Notes: generated by a model from the letters alone, not told the origin. Counted from the first letter of the stretch, positions 45,553 to 54,343 are shown. The stretch is 60,551 nt of DNA from Patescibacteria group bacterium (GCA_041648895.1 JBAZOB010000003.1:1-60551), one strand, 5' to 3'. Program-made: numbers and translations.

Positions 45553-46593
45553 ATGAAATCTATTTATCAGAAAATTAAATCTATCCTCTCCGACGACTCC
45601 GGCTCGGCCATCATCATGGCCCTGATTATAATCGCCGGCCTCGCCGGCACCGGTCTTGGTGCTGCTCGTCTGTCGCGGTCCAACATTAGCCAGACCAACC
45701 AATTTGAAGACTCGCTGAAGGCTTTCTACGCGGCGGAAGCGGGCGTGGAAGCGGCGCTGCTGGAATGGCGGTTTGATCATGATGTGGAGTTTTGGGATCA
45801 GCAGGCGGCCAACGACTGCTATGATTCCGGCGGTACGGATGTCGATCGCTGCGCGGCGGCCACTCCGGCACACTATGTGACGCTGGATGATCAGACTTCG
45901 GCTTTTATGGGGCAGGATCTGGTGAGGAATTTGAGTGAAACTGAGGTGGAGGCGGGGGTGGTGCCCAAGAATCAGGCGTGGTATGAACTCCGGATTTATT
46001 ATCGGGATCCGAAGAATCCGTTTTTGGGGAATTATAATGGGTTTAATCCGGCGGTGGATAAAGAGGTGAGGATAAATAAAGATGAGACGCTGGAGATTAG
46101 GTTCCCGGAGAAGGATGAAGTAAAGGGTTTTAGTTTAAGATGGGCTCCTGATGGTATTGTGACTGGTAGTGATGAGTTTGTGCAATTAATGGTGCATCCG
46201 GTAGCAAAAGATGTGGATACAGGTGATACAGATCTTGTGTCTCCTCGTGGTAAAGAATATTTTACTGACAAAAACTGGAGAAATAATCAGCAGGGCGCAT
46301 TATATAATATTGAAAATGTATCTTCACTTGGAACTGGCAATTATGATTATGTATATAGTTTGCGAGTAAAGTGTTTAACAAATAATGAAAGTGGTAGTGC
46401 GGTGGTAGCGCTTTGGGCTTTTGATGGTGCTAATAATCCTATTCATGTGCCGCTTGATTTCATAACTATTGAATCAGTTGGACACTACAATGATGTTGAG
46501 AGGAAGGTTGTATATGAAATTGATAGAGAGAGTGGCACGATAATGGATATATTTGATCACGGTGTGTTTTCAGAACAAACACTGAGAAAGTAA
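45553..46593 (+). CDS. PilX-like minor pilin / pseudopilin
   Basis: N-terminal DDSGSAIIMALIIIAGLAGTGLGA hydrophobic helix typical of PilX_N. 346 aa. Last gene of the pilus block. Confidence 0.6.
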   Translation: MKSIYQKIKSILSDDSGSAIIMALIIIAGLAGTGLGAARLSRSNISQTNQFEDSLKAFYAAEAGVEAALLEWRFDHDVEFWDQQAANDCYDSGGTDVDRCAAATPAHYVTLDDQTSAFMGQDLVRNLSETEVEAGVVPKNQAWYELRIYYRDPKNPFLGNYNGFNPAVDKEVRINKDETLEIRFPEKDEVKGFSLRWAPDGIVTGSDEFVQLMVHPVAKDVDTGDTDLVSPRGKEYFTDKNWRNNQQGALYNIENVSSLGTGNYDYVYSLRVKCLTNNESGSAVVALWAFDGANNPIHVPLDFITIESVGHYNDVERKVVYEIDRESGTIMDIFDHGVFSEQTLRK

Positions 46594-46620
46594 TTAGTAA
46601 AAAATACCCCAATAAATCAC

Positions 46621-46652
46621 GAAAGACCGAAGCTTTTATGCGTCGGTCTTTC
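46621..46652. terminator. Bidirectional hairpin terminator between convergent genes
   Basis: gaaagaccga agcttttatgcg tcggtctttc (10-bp stem). Confidence 0.7.
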
Positions 46653-46727
46653 GCTTACGTTCTAAATAAAGAATCAAAACGTAAACGATATAGATTTTTT
46701 GATTTTGCTTATGTTTTGATTTTTATT

Positions 46728-48338
46728 TTAGAACGAAAATACTTCCCAGCGTCGAGGTGGATCGGCGAAATATACGAGGTAGTTGTTGCTGAAATCTCCA
46801 CCTCCTGGAGCCCATCCTGTAGGTAGGATTATGTCACACATACGTGTGGACGTCGTTCCTTCTACCAGGAATAGACTTTCCATTGCATTACCGGTGCCGG
46901 TGTCGCCGTCAGAGAATATTGCAGTTTTTCCGTTTTTTTTGGTAGAGCACAAAAAATTACTGTTATTTTGGCTCCATTCTGCAATATATGTTCCGCTGGA
47001 ATTGTATTTTGTGATCTTATCGCTTTCAGAACTGGCAACATAGAAGTTACCGTCTTCATCAGAAATAAGATCTTGCGGCCTTGCTGATAAATTTATTTTT
47101 GTGGAAGGATTCGAACCATCAAGGTCAAATTGCATAACAGTAGATGATGATCCACCGTTATCATCCACAAAAAATATTTTACTGGGAAGGAGTGGGTTAT
47201 ATGTTACCCCATTTCCTTGCCCAGAGAAAGGAGCGCCGGGAAAAGATGTTGGACCACTTGAGAAATCTATTGGAAAATAACATGCTGTTGTACCTGTCGG
47301 TAAGTACAGCCTGTTATTTCCTGGATGGAGGCCGATATATCCCAATCCAAGCGAGGTACTGCTTGTGTTATTTTCGGTCAATGCTGGAAAAGATACGTCT
47401 CTGATGATGTTCCAGCTTAAATCGTAAGCGTATACCTTGTTTCCAGTTTGATCGAATACCAGGTCCCAAATACCCCAGCCAGCGGTGTCTTTTGAGATGT
47501 CGTCCCTATATTTATAGACGACGAAATCCTTCTCGACGGATCCGCTGGTATTTTCTATCTTTATTGTCGTAAAACCTTGTCCGAATACGTAGGTTTCACT
47601 GACAATATTGAATGAGATCAAACCGTCGTTTTGGGTTATGACACCCAATGACTGGTCTGTCCCGTTTATTTTCACTGAACAGCTGCCCAGATTACTGCCT
47701 ACAATGGTTACTTCCGTTCCCTCGGGTCCACCCGAGGGGGCAACTAATGTCACCACCGGTGTCGGCACCGCGGTCGCCGTAGCGGTGGCGGTCGGGGTAG
47801 GCGTAAACGTCGCCCCAGGAATTGGGGTCGACGTGGGGACCAACGTTGGACTTGGTGTCCACGTTGGCGTACCTGGCCCGGGCGTCGGGGGTAGGGTAGG
47901 GGTCGCCGTTGCGGTTCCTGTGGAGTAGTCGTCTGTGTACGACTCTCCACTGAGCGACACTTGTCGCTCAACTATTGGGTTTGTACCACCTTGTTGGTAG
48001 ATACCAATGAGGTACTCACCCTTGTTGACTTCAGAAAAGCCATCTCCATTCGAGTCCAAATTGAACCCAAATGGAATAGCTTGACTTCCGTCAATTTGAC
48101 TCCCAGTAGTTATTGGATTTCCCTCGACTCGGCCGTTGGCCTCGTCTGACAAGACTCTGTATATTGTCTTGTCAGGGCCACTGGGGGTAGGAAAAGTGAT
48201 GTTTGTGGGGACCGATGTGGGGTCCGAGGGCACCCCTGGAAGTCCGCCTCCACCACAGCCTATCAACAATGACAAAATAAGGATGGTTGAGGTAAATTTA
48301 AAAAATTTCGTTCTGAACAAATTGATCAATCCTTTCAA
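46728..48338 (-). CDS. Lipoprotein with a P/T-rich linker, an IPT/TIG domain and a beta-propeller (NHL-like) C-domain
   Basis: Lipobox LLIGC. Linker TATPTLPPTPGPGTPTWTPSPTLVPTSTP. IPT-like VVTLVAPSGGPEGTEVTIVGSNLG. Repetitive C-terminal half. Confidence 0.6.
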   Translation of the reverse strand: MKGLINLFRTKFFKFTSTILILSLLIGCGGGGLPGVPSDPTSVPTNITFPTPSGPDKTIYRVLSDEANGRVEGNPITTGSQIDGSQAIPFGFNLDSNGDGFSEVNKGEYLIGIYQQGGTNPIVERQVSLSGESYTDDYSTGTATATPTLPPTPGPGTPTWTPSPTLVPTSTPIPGATFTPTPTATATATAVPTPVVTLVAPSGGPEGTEVTIVGSNLGSCSVKINGTDQSLGVITQNDGLISFNIVSETYVFGQGFTTIKIENTSGSVEKDFVVYKYRDDISKDTAGWGIWDLVFDQTGNKVYAYDLSWNIIRDVSFPALTENNTSSTSLGLGYIGLHPGNNRLYLPTGTTACYFPIDFSSGPTSFPGAPFSGQGNGVTYNPLLPSKIFFVDDNGGSSSTVMQFDLDGSNPSTKINLSARPQDLISDEDGNFYVASSESDKITKYNSSGTYIAEWSQNNSNFLCSTKKNGKTAIFSDGDTGTGNAMESLFLVEGTTSTRMCDIILPTGWAPGGGDFSNNYLVYFADPPRRWEVFSF

Positions 48339-48531
48339 ATAAATTTTGATCTGCTATTTCTTGCAGATCGTCTTTTCTGGTTTCTACCGTTCTTCTTTCG
48401 TTTTTTTCAAATGTAATCTCGCGGCATACTGATGTGCTAATGTATGGTTTATTTCCGCCGCCGCAAAACAAAATGAAAAAAAAGAAAATTGTCATTAATA
48501 TTGCTTTTCCGATTTTCCTCAATAAAATCAC
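48298..48531 (-). CDS. Small lipoprotein
   Basis: The lipobox ILFCGGG follows a hydrophobic N-terminus. 77 aa. Confidence 0.45.
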   Translation of the reverse strand: MILLRKIGKAILMTIFFFFILFCGGGNKPYISTSVCREITFEKNERRTVETRKDDLQEIADQNLFERIDQFVQNEIF

Positions 48532-48879
48532 CTCACTTTTATTTTTTTTAAAATTTATTATAAATTTTTATAAAATATTATTTAAACTTTTTGATTTCCT
48601 TTATTTTCAACAAGGAAACCAATCTAAACTAAGCAAGGAGTAGGGCACAGTAGTTACTGTTGCCTAGCTTAGTTTGATTTCCTTTTTGAGTGTTGTTAAA
48701 GAGCGCATACTTTCCCATCTCTATTATATATCTTATTTAGTCAACCTTGAATCGTTGACAAATATAAATAATATTGTTTGATAATGAATGAGAAATATGT
48801 TTCACTAAACACGCGTTGCAGCGTATCAAACTATCGCATACGTGACAAGCCTTTATCATTGTTTGTTTGTGCAGTTTTT

Positions 48880-48915
48880 AAAAAGAAATAGACCGCCACT
48901 TTTTTTGTGACGGCC
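48880..48915 (-). terminator. Rho-independent terminator (minus strand)
   Basis: The minus strand reads ggccgtcac-aaaaaaa-gtggcggtc followed by tatttcttttt. There are two G-U pairs in the stem. Confidence 0.55.
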
Positions 48916-48957
48916 TAAATTATGGGAGAGGGGATTTATGGTCAGTTAGTTAACAGA

Positions 48958-49374
48958 CTATTCGTAAAAGTTTACAGTCTGTTTGTGGTCGGTACCATCG
49001 TTGAAATGGACTACGAAGTACCATTCACAACCCTTAGGCTCTATGTGGTCGATGACCGTTAGATCTTTGGGTACCAACGTTCCATGTCTGTAGGGTTTTG
49101 TTGCACTGGATGTGAACAAGGGGTTTTTTGGCGAGGGCCAAAGGTCGTAAGAAACCGAATTCTCGGGGCTTACGAAGGAAATGTAGTTTCCAAGGTCGGG
49201 TGGCAAATCTGATCCCGCCGGAGCGGGTTTAAACAGATTTTCTGGGCCACCACAACCAAACCCAGTAAGTAATCCCAGAAGGATTAGTGCAAGAAAAATG
49301 GAGGAGACAAGAAAACGTGTTCGCAGAACAAACACCTCCTTAGGTCGTAAGATATCCCTTCTCCCAAAGGGCAA
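48958..49374 (-). CDS. Small lipoprotein, function unknown
   Basis: The lipobox LTGFGC follows a hydrophobic segment. The true start may be internal. Confidence 0.45.
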   Translation of the reverse strand: MPFGRRDILRPKEVFVLRTRFLVSSIFLALILLGLLTGFGCGGPENLFKPAPAGSDLPPDLGNYISFVSPENSVSYDLWPSPKNPLFTSSATKPYRHGTLVPKDLTVIDHIEPKGCEWYFVVHFNDGTDHKQTVNFYE

Positions 49375-49692
49375 ATCTTTTATTTTTGGTTTTGATTTAC
49401 AAGAGATACAATACCAAATCCACTCGCAAATACAATCATTTCTTCACCCTCACTTTCCCAAAACACCCATAACTAAAACTATCCTGCCAAATATATTTTA
49501 AGCGGGAGATTTAATTAAAATTTAATGAGAAATTATTGGTTATTTTAATGTTTTGTTAATTTTTGCTTAAGCTGAAATTAATAACTGTTTGTGTAAAATA
49601 CAAATTAGAAATGGCTGTGTATAAGTACTATAGTGTTAGTTTGACAGTTATGTTAAATTGGTTGTGGACGTATTTTTTTAATTCAAATTTTA

Positions 49693-50553
49693 ATGAAGAC
49701 GATCGGAATAATTGCTCCTTCAAGACATCTTGGAGAGTATAAAGATATATTTAATTTTGGTGTTGATAGATTAAGGAGAGAGGGATTTAATATTGTAATG
49801 GCACCAAATGTCTATGAAGTTGATAATAATTCTGCGGGTAGTATTGAACAGAGAATAGCTGGTTTGGATCAGATTTTACTAAATGACGATATTGACGTTG
49901 TGATGTGTACTTTGGGCGGAGATAGTGCCAATCATTTACTTGATCGAATTGATTGGAGTGTTTATTCAAAATTAAATAAGATTTTGATTGGCTATAGTGA
50001 TGTTACTCATTTGCTGTTGGCGTTTCAAAAAAAGACAGATCTAAAATTGTATTATGGCCCTCATATTAAAGATATTTCTAGTTTAACCAATGAATCTTTT
50101 GGAGTTTTAACTACTTTTATTGATACTGGTGGGTTGCTCTGGCCTGATGATTTTCAAGTGGTAAGATCTGGAAAGGTGATTGGTGAGTTGTATGGAGGTA
50201 ATTTGTTTGTGGTGAATAATATGTTGGCTACGGATTATGTTGATGATTTTTCTGGAAGAGTATTATTTTGGGAAGATGTTGATGATGGATTATCGGCAGT
50301 TGAGTATCAATTGTATCAGATGAGATTGCACGGGGTATTTAGCAGAATAAAGGGGATGATGGTTGGCAATGTAGTGGGTGACGATATTGATAACAATAAT
50401 TTGGCTGAAATTATTTTGGATGCGGCAAGAGGGTTCGATTTTCCGATTGTAAAGGTGGATTGGTTTGGACATGAGGTGAATGATTTTCGGGTAGTGCCCT
50501 ACGGGGGTAAGGTGATGATTGATATTGTTGAGGATAAATTGGAATTAATGTAA
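49693..50553 (+). CDS. S66 family LD-carboxypeptidase / MccF-like serine peptidase
   Basis: IGIIAPS N-terminus, nucleophile elbow IGYSDVTHL, later FWED and FGHE consistent with a Ser-Glu-His triad. Confidence 0.75.
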   Translation: MKTIGIIAPSRHLGEYKDIFNFGVDRLRREGFNIVMAPNVYEVDNNSAGSIEQRIAGLDQILLNDDIDVVMCTLGGDSANHLLDRIDWSVYSKLNKILIGYSDVTHLLLAFQKKTDLKLYYGPHIKDISSLTNESFGVLTTFIDTGGLLWPDDFQVVRSGKVIGELYGGNLFVVNNMLATDYVDDFSGRVLFWEDVDDGLSAVEYQLYQMRLHGVFSRIKGMMVGNVVGDDIDNNNLAEIILDAARGFDFPIVKVDWFGHEVNDFRVVPYGGKVMIDIVEDKLELM

Positions 50554-50653
50554 TTTTTTTTTAGTTGTAATTAACAGATCTATTAAGATATTTAAATATA
50601 TTTTAATTGTTCTTTAATAATTAAATGATTTGAATGTAAGGAGGGGGATATAC

Positions 50654-51559
50654 ATGATCAGTGCGATCGATGTAGTAATAAAGTATTCAAAGGAAGTGAT
50701 AGATGGTGCGTCTTTCACAATTATGGACGGAGACAAGATTGGTATTGTTGGGCCTAACGGAGCTGGTAAATCCACCTTATTCAGGGCGATAATGGGTGAT
50801 ATCAAGCCCAGCTCGGGCAGGATTGAAATAGCAAAAAACACTCGACTGGGGTTTTTGCCCCAGGTTATATACGATGATTATTCTGTTATGGATAGTACGA
50901 TATATGATTATTTTATGTCTGTTCATAACTTAAAGGAATTGGAAGATGAATTGAATCAGATTTGTGAGGCTATGGAGGATGGAGTCGATGTTGAGAAGAA
51001 GATGGATAAATACATAGTTTTACAAGACAGGTTTCAGATGCTGGGCGGATATGAACTTGAAGGTAGACTGAAAAAAGTTATAAAAGGTCTTGGTGCGGAA
51101 GATTTTGATTTGCAAAGAAAGATGTGGAGTTTGTCTGGTGGAGAAAAATCAAAAATAGCTTTGGCGAGACTGATTTTTTCTGAGCCAGATGTGATGTTGA
51201 TGGACGAACCTACCAACCACTTAGATAAAGATATGTTGAGGTGGGTGGTTGATTTTCTGAAGAAGTACAAAAAGGCATTGGTCATTATTTCTCATGATCA
51301 GACTTTTTTGGATGAGGTTGTAAATCGAATATATTACGTTTCTCATGAGAATTTAGAGATTTATCATGGGAATTATTCGAAATTTGTAGAGCAGAAAAAG
51401 GAAAGAGATGACACTTTGCAGAGGGTAGAGAAAAACCGTGAGAGAGAAGAAAAACGTATTTTAGATTATGTAAATAAAATGCAGAATATATCGGGAAGAA
51501 GAAAAAGACAGGTAAAGAGTAGGATGAAGCAACTTGATCGCTTGAGTGAAAGAAAATAG
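50654..51559 (+). CDS. ABC-F ATPase, N-terminal part (NBD1 plus K/R/E-rich interdomain linker)
   Basis: Walker A GPNGAGKST, signature LSGGEKSKIALARL, Walker B VMLMDEPTNHLD, linker EKNREREEKRILDYVNKMQNISGRRKRQVKSRMKQLDRLSERK. No TM domain. The start was moved to ATG 50654, after AGGAGGGGG. Confidence 0.8.
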   Translation: MISAIDVVIKYSKEVIDGASFTIMDGDKIGIVGPNGAGKSTLFRAIMGDIKPSSGRIEIAKNTRLGFLPQVIYDDYSVMDSTIYDYFMSVHNLKELEDELNQICEAMEDGVDVEKKMDKYIVLQDRFQMLGGYELEGRLKKVIKGLGAEDFDLQRKMWSLSGGEKSKIALARLIFSEPDVMLMDEPTNHLDKDMLRWVVDFLKKYKKALVIISHDQTFLDEVVNRIYYVSHENLEIYHGNYSKFVEQKKERDDTLQRVEKNREREEKRILDYVNKMQNISGRRKRQVKSRMKQLDRLSERK

Positions 51560-51573
51560 AGATAAAAGATGAA

Positions 51574-52245
51574 ATGAAAAGAGTAAGATTATCTCTAGAT
51601 AATTTCACGGATTGTGGTAAGTTGCCGTTGGATATTGAGAAGTTGGAATTTTCATATCCAGGTTCCGAGCCGATAATTTCTGGTCTGAGTTTTGAAGTTT
51701 TACCGGAAGAAAAGTTTTTGATTGTTGGGAAAAATGGAGTAGGCAAGACTACCTTGATGAGGATATTAGCGGGGAGGATTGGGGGTTACTTGGGTAGTCT
51801 TCGTTATAATCCTAAAGTTGAATTAGCGTATTATTCTCAAGAACATGAGGATTTATGTCTTGAGAATAAGGTGATTGATGAGATATTAAATGTTACGGAC
51901 TGGAGCCATGGAACAGTAAGAAACTATTTGGCTAGATTCTTGTTTAATCAGGAAAAGGTTTTTCAAGAAGTTGAGACTCTTTCTCCTGGTGAGCGAAGTA
52001 GACTAGCACTAGCCAAAATGATTGTGTCTCCATCGAATTTTTTAGTTCTTGATGAACCAACTAATCATTTGGATTTTCAGACCAGAGATGTTTTGGCTGA
52101 TGCTCTGAATGAAAGTGGTAAGACGATGATAATTGTTTCCCACGAGATTAAGTTTCTTGAGAGACTCGAAATTGATCGGATGTTGATTTTGCCTGAGAAA
52201 ATAGTTGATTACTATGATTCTCAGGTAGTTTTGGAAAGGAAGTGA
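51574..52245 (+). CDS. ABC-F ATPase, C-terminal part (NBD2); separate frame from the N-terminal part
   Basis: Walker A GKNGVGKTT, signature LSPGERSRLALAKM, Walker B LVLDEPTNHLD. This frame is open from 51550, so a 1-nt shift in gaaagaaaa (51548..51556) would fuse the two parts. Confidence 0.8.
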   Translation: MKRVRLSLDNFTDCGKLPLDIEKLEFSYPGSEPIISGLSFEVLPEEKFLIVGKNGVGKTTLMRILAGRIGGYLGSLRYNPKVELAYYSQEHEDLCLENKVIDEILNVTDWSHGTVRNYLARFLFNQEKVFQEVETLSPGERSRLALAKMIVSPSNFLVLDEPTNHLDFQTRDVLADALNESGKTMIIVSHEIKFLERLEIDRMLILPEKIVDYYDSQVVLERK

Positions 52246-52251
52246 TATGTT

Positions 52252-53331
52252 ATGCACAGGGAGTGTTTGTTGCAGATAAAGCCGGTGGGTTCTTCATGCA
52301 ATATGAATTGTTCATATTGTTATGTTGAGCCTTTTAAGAAAAAGAAGATAAACAGAATGACTCTAAAATTGCTTGAAAAAGTGGTGAGTAAATATTCTGA
52401 ATTGGATATTGAAAACCCGACTTTCAGTTGGCATGGGGGAGAACCACTGCTTTTTGGTCTGGAGAATATGGAAAAAGCAATGGATTTGCAGAAAAAATAT
52501 TTTAATGGAAGAGGTGTAGTTAATCTTGTTCAGACGAATGGTACTTTGATTAATCTTGATATGGCCACCTTTCTTGCAGAAAATAATTTTATAGTAAGCG
52601 TTAGCTTAGATGGTTCTGCTGAAGTGCATGATAGGAATCGCAAGTTTGGCGAAAACGGATCATTTGGTCGAGTAATGGCTGGGGTGGATGTTTTGCGTAG
52701 TGTAGGCTTGAACACAAGTGTGATAGCGACTGTCACGAAGGAAAATCTGGAGTTTTCTAAAGAGGTTTTTACTTTTTTGGTAAACCAAGGTTTTACTTCA
52801 ATAAAATATAGCCCGGTCTATGATTCTAATAGGGATGCCTTTAGTATCTCTTCGGACGAATGGTTCAATTATTTGTCTGAGGTATTTGACTTATGGATGG
52901 GTTTGGCTAGTACTGGCATAAGAGTCAGGGAATTGGACGAAGTTATTGTTTGGCTAAAAAAGGATCGACTAAACCTTTGTGCCACAACAGGTGGTTGTTC
53001 AAAATGGATGTCAGTTGATCCGGAAGGGAATATTTATCCATGTGAATATTTACGGAGTAAATTTTCGTATGGAAATATTCTTTGTCAAAATTTTTGCCAG
53101 ATCATGACTTCGAGTGAGTTCGTTGAGTTTGGGAGACTGGTATCAGTTCCTAATATTCAATGTTCAGAATGTGAATTCTATGACTTTTGTGGAAATGGTT
53201 GTCCGGCCACAAGAGTTGATTTTGAGGGCAATATTTCTTACTCCGGGCAATATATTTATTGCAACCAGAGGAAGAGATTATATCAGAAAATAAAAACAGA
53301 TTTTGAAAAAATATTAGGTCATGGAATCTAA
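52252..53331 (+). CDS. Radical SAM / SPASM-domain enzyme (anSME-like peptide-modifying maturase)
   Basis: CNMNCSYCY (CxxxCxxC) at residues 16-24, WHGGEPLL, QTNGTL. C-terminal auxiliary-cluster cysteines CATTGGC...YPCEY...CSECEFYDFCGNGCPA. The start is 6 nt after the ABC-F stop. Confidence 0.85.
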   Translation: MHRECLLQIKPVGSSCNMNCSYCYVEPFKKKKINRMTLKLLEKVVSKYSELDIENPTFSWHGGEPLLFGLENMEKAMDLQKKYFNGRGVVNLVQTNGTLINLDMATFLAENNFIVSVSLDGSAEVHDRNRKFGENGSFGRVMAGVDVLRSVGLNTSVIATVTKENLEFSKEVFTFLVNQGFTSIKYSPVYDSNRDAFSISSDEWFNYLSEVFDLWMGLASTGIRVRELDEVIVWLKKDRLNLCATTGGCSKWMSVDPEGNIYPCEYLRSKFSYGNILCQNFCQIMTSSEFVEFGRLVSVPNIQCSECEFYDFCGNGCPATRVDFEGNISYSGQYIYCNQRKRLYQKIKTDFEKILGHGI

Positions 53332-53352
53332 AAAACAAAGGAGGTGAAAGCA

Positions 53353-53430
53353 GTGCAAGAATTTGTTTGGACAATATTAAATACCGACTCCGAGTGGAGT
53401 GGATCAGCTGCTCAATGGATTAAGTGTTAA
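53353..53430 (+). CDS. Candidate RiPP precursor peptide 1 (25 aa)
   Basis: AAGGAGGTG lies 6 nt before GTG 53353. Sequence VQEFVWTILNTDSEWSGSAAQWIKC*. Paralogous to peptide 2. Not in the ORF track. Confidence 0.6.
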   Translation: MQEFVWTILNTDSEWSGSAAQWIKC

Positions 53431-53463
53431 ACACTTGATCTGCCGGGCGAAGGAGGTGAAAAT

Positions 53464-53550
53464 ATGTCTGACATTCAAAATTTTGTCACTGCAGTGCTTA
53501 GTGAAAGTTCAGAATGGCAGGGGTCAGTTGCGTCCTGGACGAAGTGCTAG
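53464..53550 (+). CDS. Candidate RiPP precursor peptide 2 (28 aa)
   Basis: AAGGAGGTG lies 5 nt before ATG 53464. Sequence MSDIQNFVTAVLSESSEWQGSVASWTKC*. Not in the ORF track. Confidence 0.65.
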   Translation: MSDIQNFVTAVLSESSEWQGSVASWTKC

Positions 53551-53565
53551 GTGAGTAGTGCGCCT

Positions 53566-53600
53566 AAAAAAGACCGTGAGGTAAAACTCGCGGTCTTTTG
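53566..53600 (+). terminator. Rho-independent terminator closing the rSAM-peptide operon
   Basis: agaccgtgag-gtaaaa-ctcgcggtct followed by tttt. Confidence 0.75.
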
Positions 53601-53733
53601 TCATATTATGGTTAATTTTTTTGCATAATAATAGTTATAGTAGTATGTTAATGATATCTTTTTCTTAATGATAATTTTTTAATTAGTTTTTATGAAACCA
53701 GAGCTGTTAAGTATTACTAATAATAATTAGATT

Positions 53734-54183
53734 ATGAACATAGAATCCAAGAACCAATCCTTCTCCTGCGAAAACTGCGGCGCTGCTGTTTCCGGCCCTG
53801 GGGAAATTAGCACCAAACATCGTAATCATTGCCCGGTATGTTTATTTTCCAAACATGTCGATTTGAACATATCCGGTGACCGGCAGGCCAAGTGTGGCGC
53901 ATTGATGAAGCCAATTGGTTTAACATTTAAACAGGAAGGACAGGATAAATATGGGAAAGTACGGACGGGAGAGTTGATGCTGGTGCACGAGTGCGTGGGT
54001 TGCGGACGGGTTTCGATCAATCGGATTGCGGCTGACGATGATCCGGAAAGTATCTTGGCGGTTTTTGATCAGTCGCTAGATTTATCAATCAGGAAAAAAG
54101 ATGATTTGCAAAAAATGGGTATTCGGATCTTAACTGAGTCTGATAAGGCAGAGGTAAAAAAGCAGCTTTTTGGAAAATATTAA
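53734..54183 (+). CDS. RNHCP domain protein
   Basis: It contains the eponymous RNHCPVCLFSKHVD motif plus CENC and CVGC zinc-ribbon pairs. Confidence 0.75.
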   Translation: MNIESKNQSFSCENCGAAVSGPGEISTKHRNHCPVCLFSKHVDLNISGDRQAKCGALMKPIGLTFKQEGQDKYGKVRTGELMLVHECVGCGRVSINRIAADDDPESILAVFDQSLDLSIRKKDDLQKMGIRILTESDKAEVKKQLFGKY

Positions 54184-54232
54184 AAAGGGTCAAGAGTCTT
54201 TGTATTTTTTACTGGAAAATTTGGGGAGTGAG

Positions 54233-54343
54233 ATGTTGCGGTTGACCAAGAAAGTGGAGATTACTGTATCGTACAAAACTTTTCGGAGTCTGGAGGAACG
54301 GGTGGATAAGTTGGAAATGACTTTTGATGGCCGGATAAATTAG
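54233..54343 (+). CDS. Possible 36-aa ORF downstream of the RNHCP gene
   Basis: MLRLTKKVEITVSYKTFRSLEERVDKLEMTFDGRIN*. A hairpin cgggaattaaattccg plus a T-rich tract follows. Weak support. Confidence 0.25.
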   Translation: MLRLTKKVEITVSYKTFRSLEERVDKLEMTFDGRIN

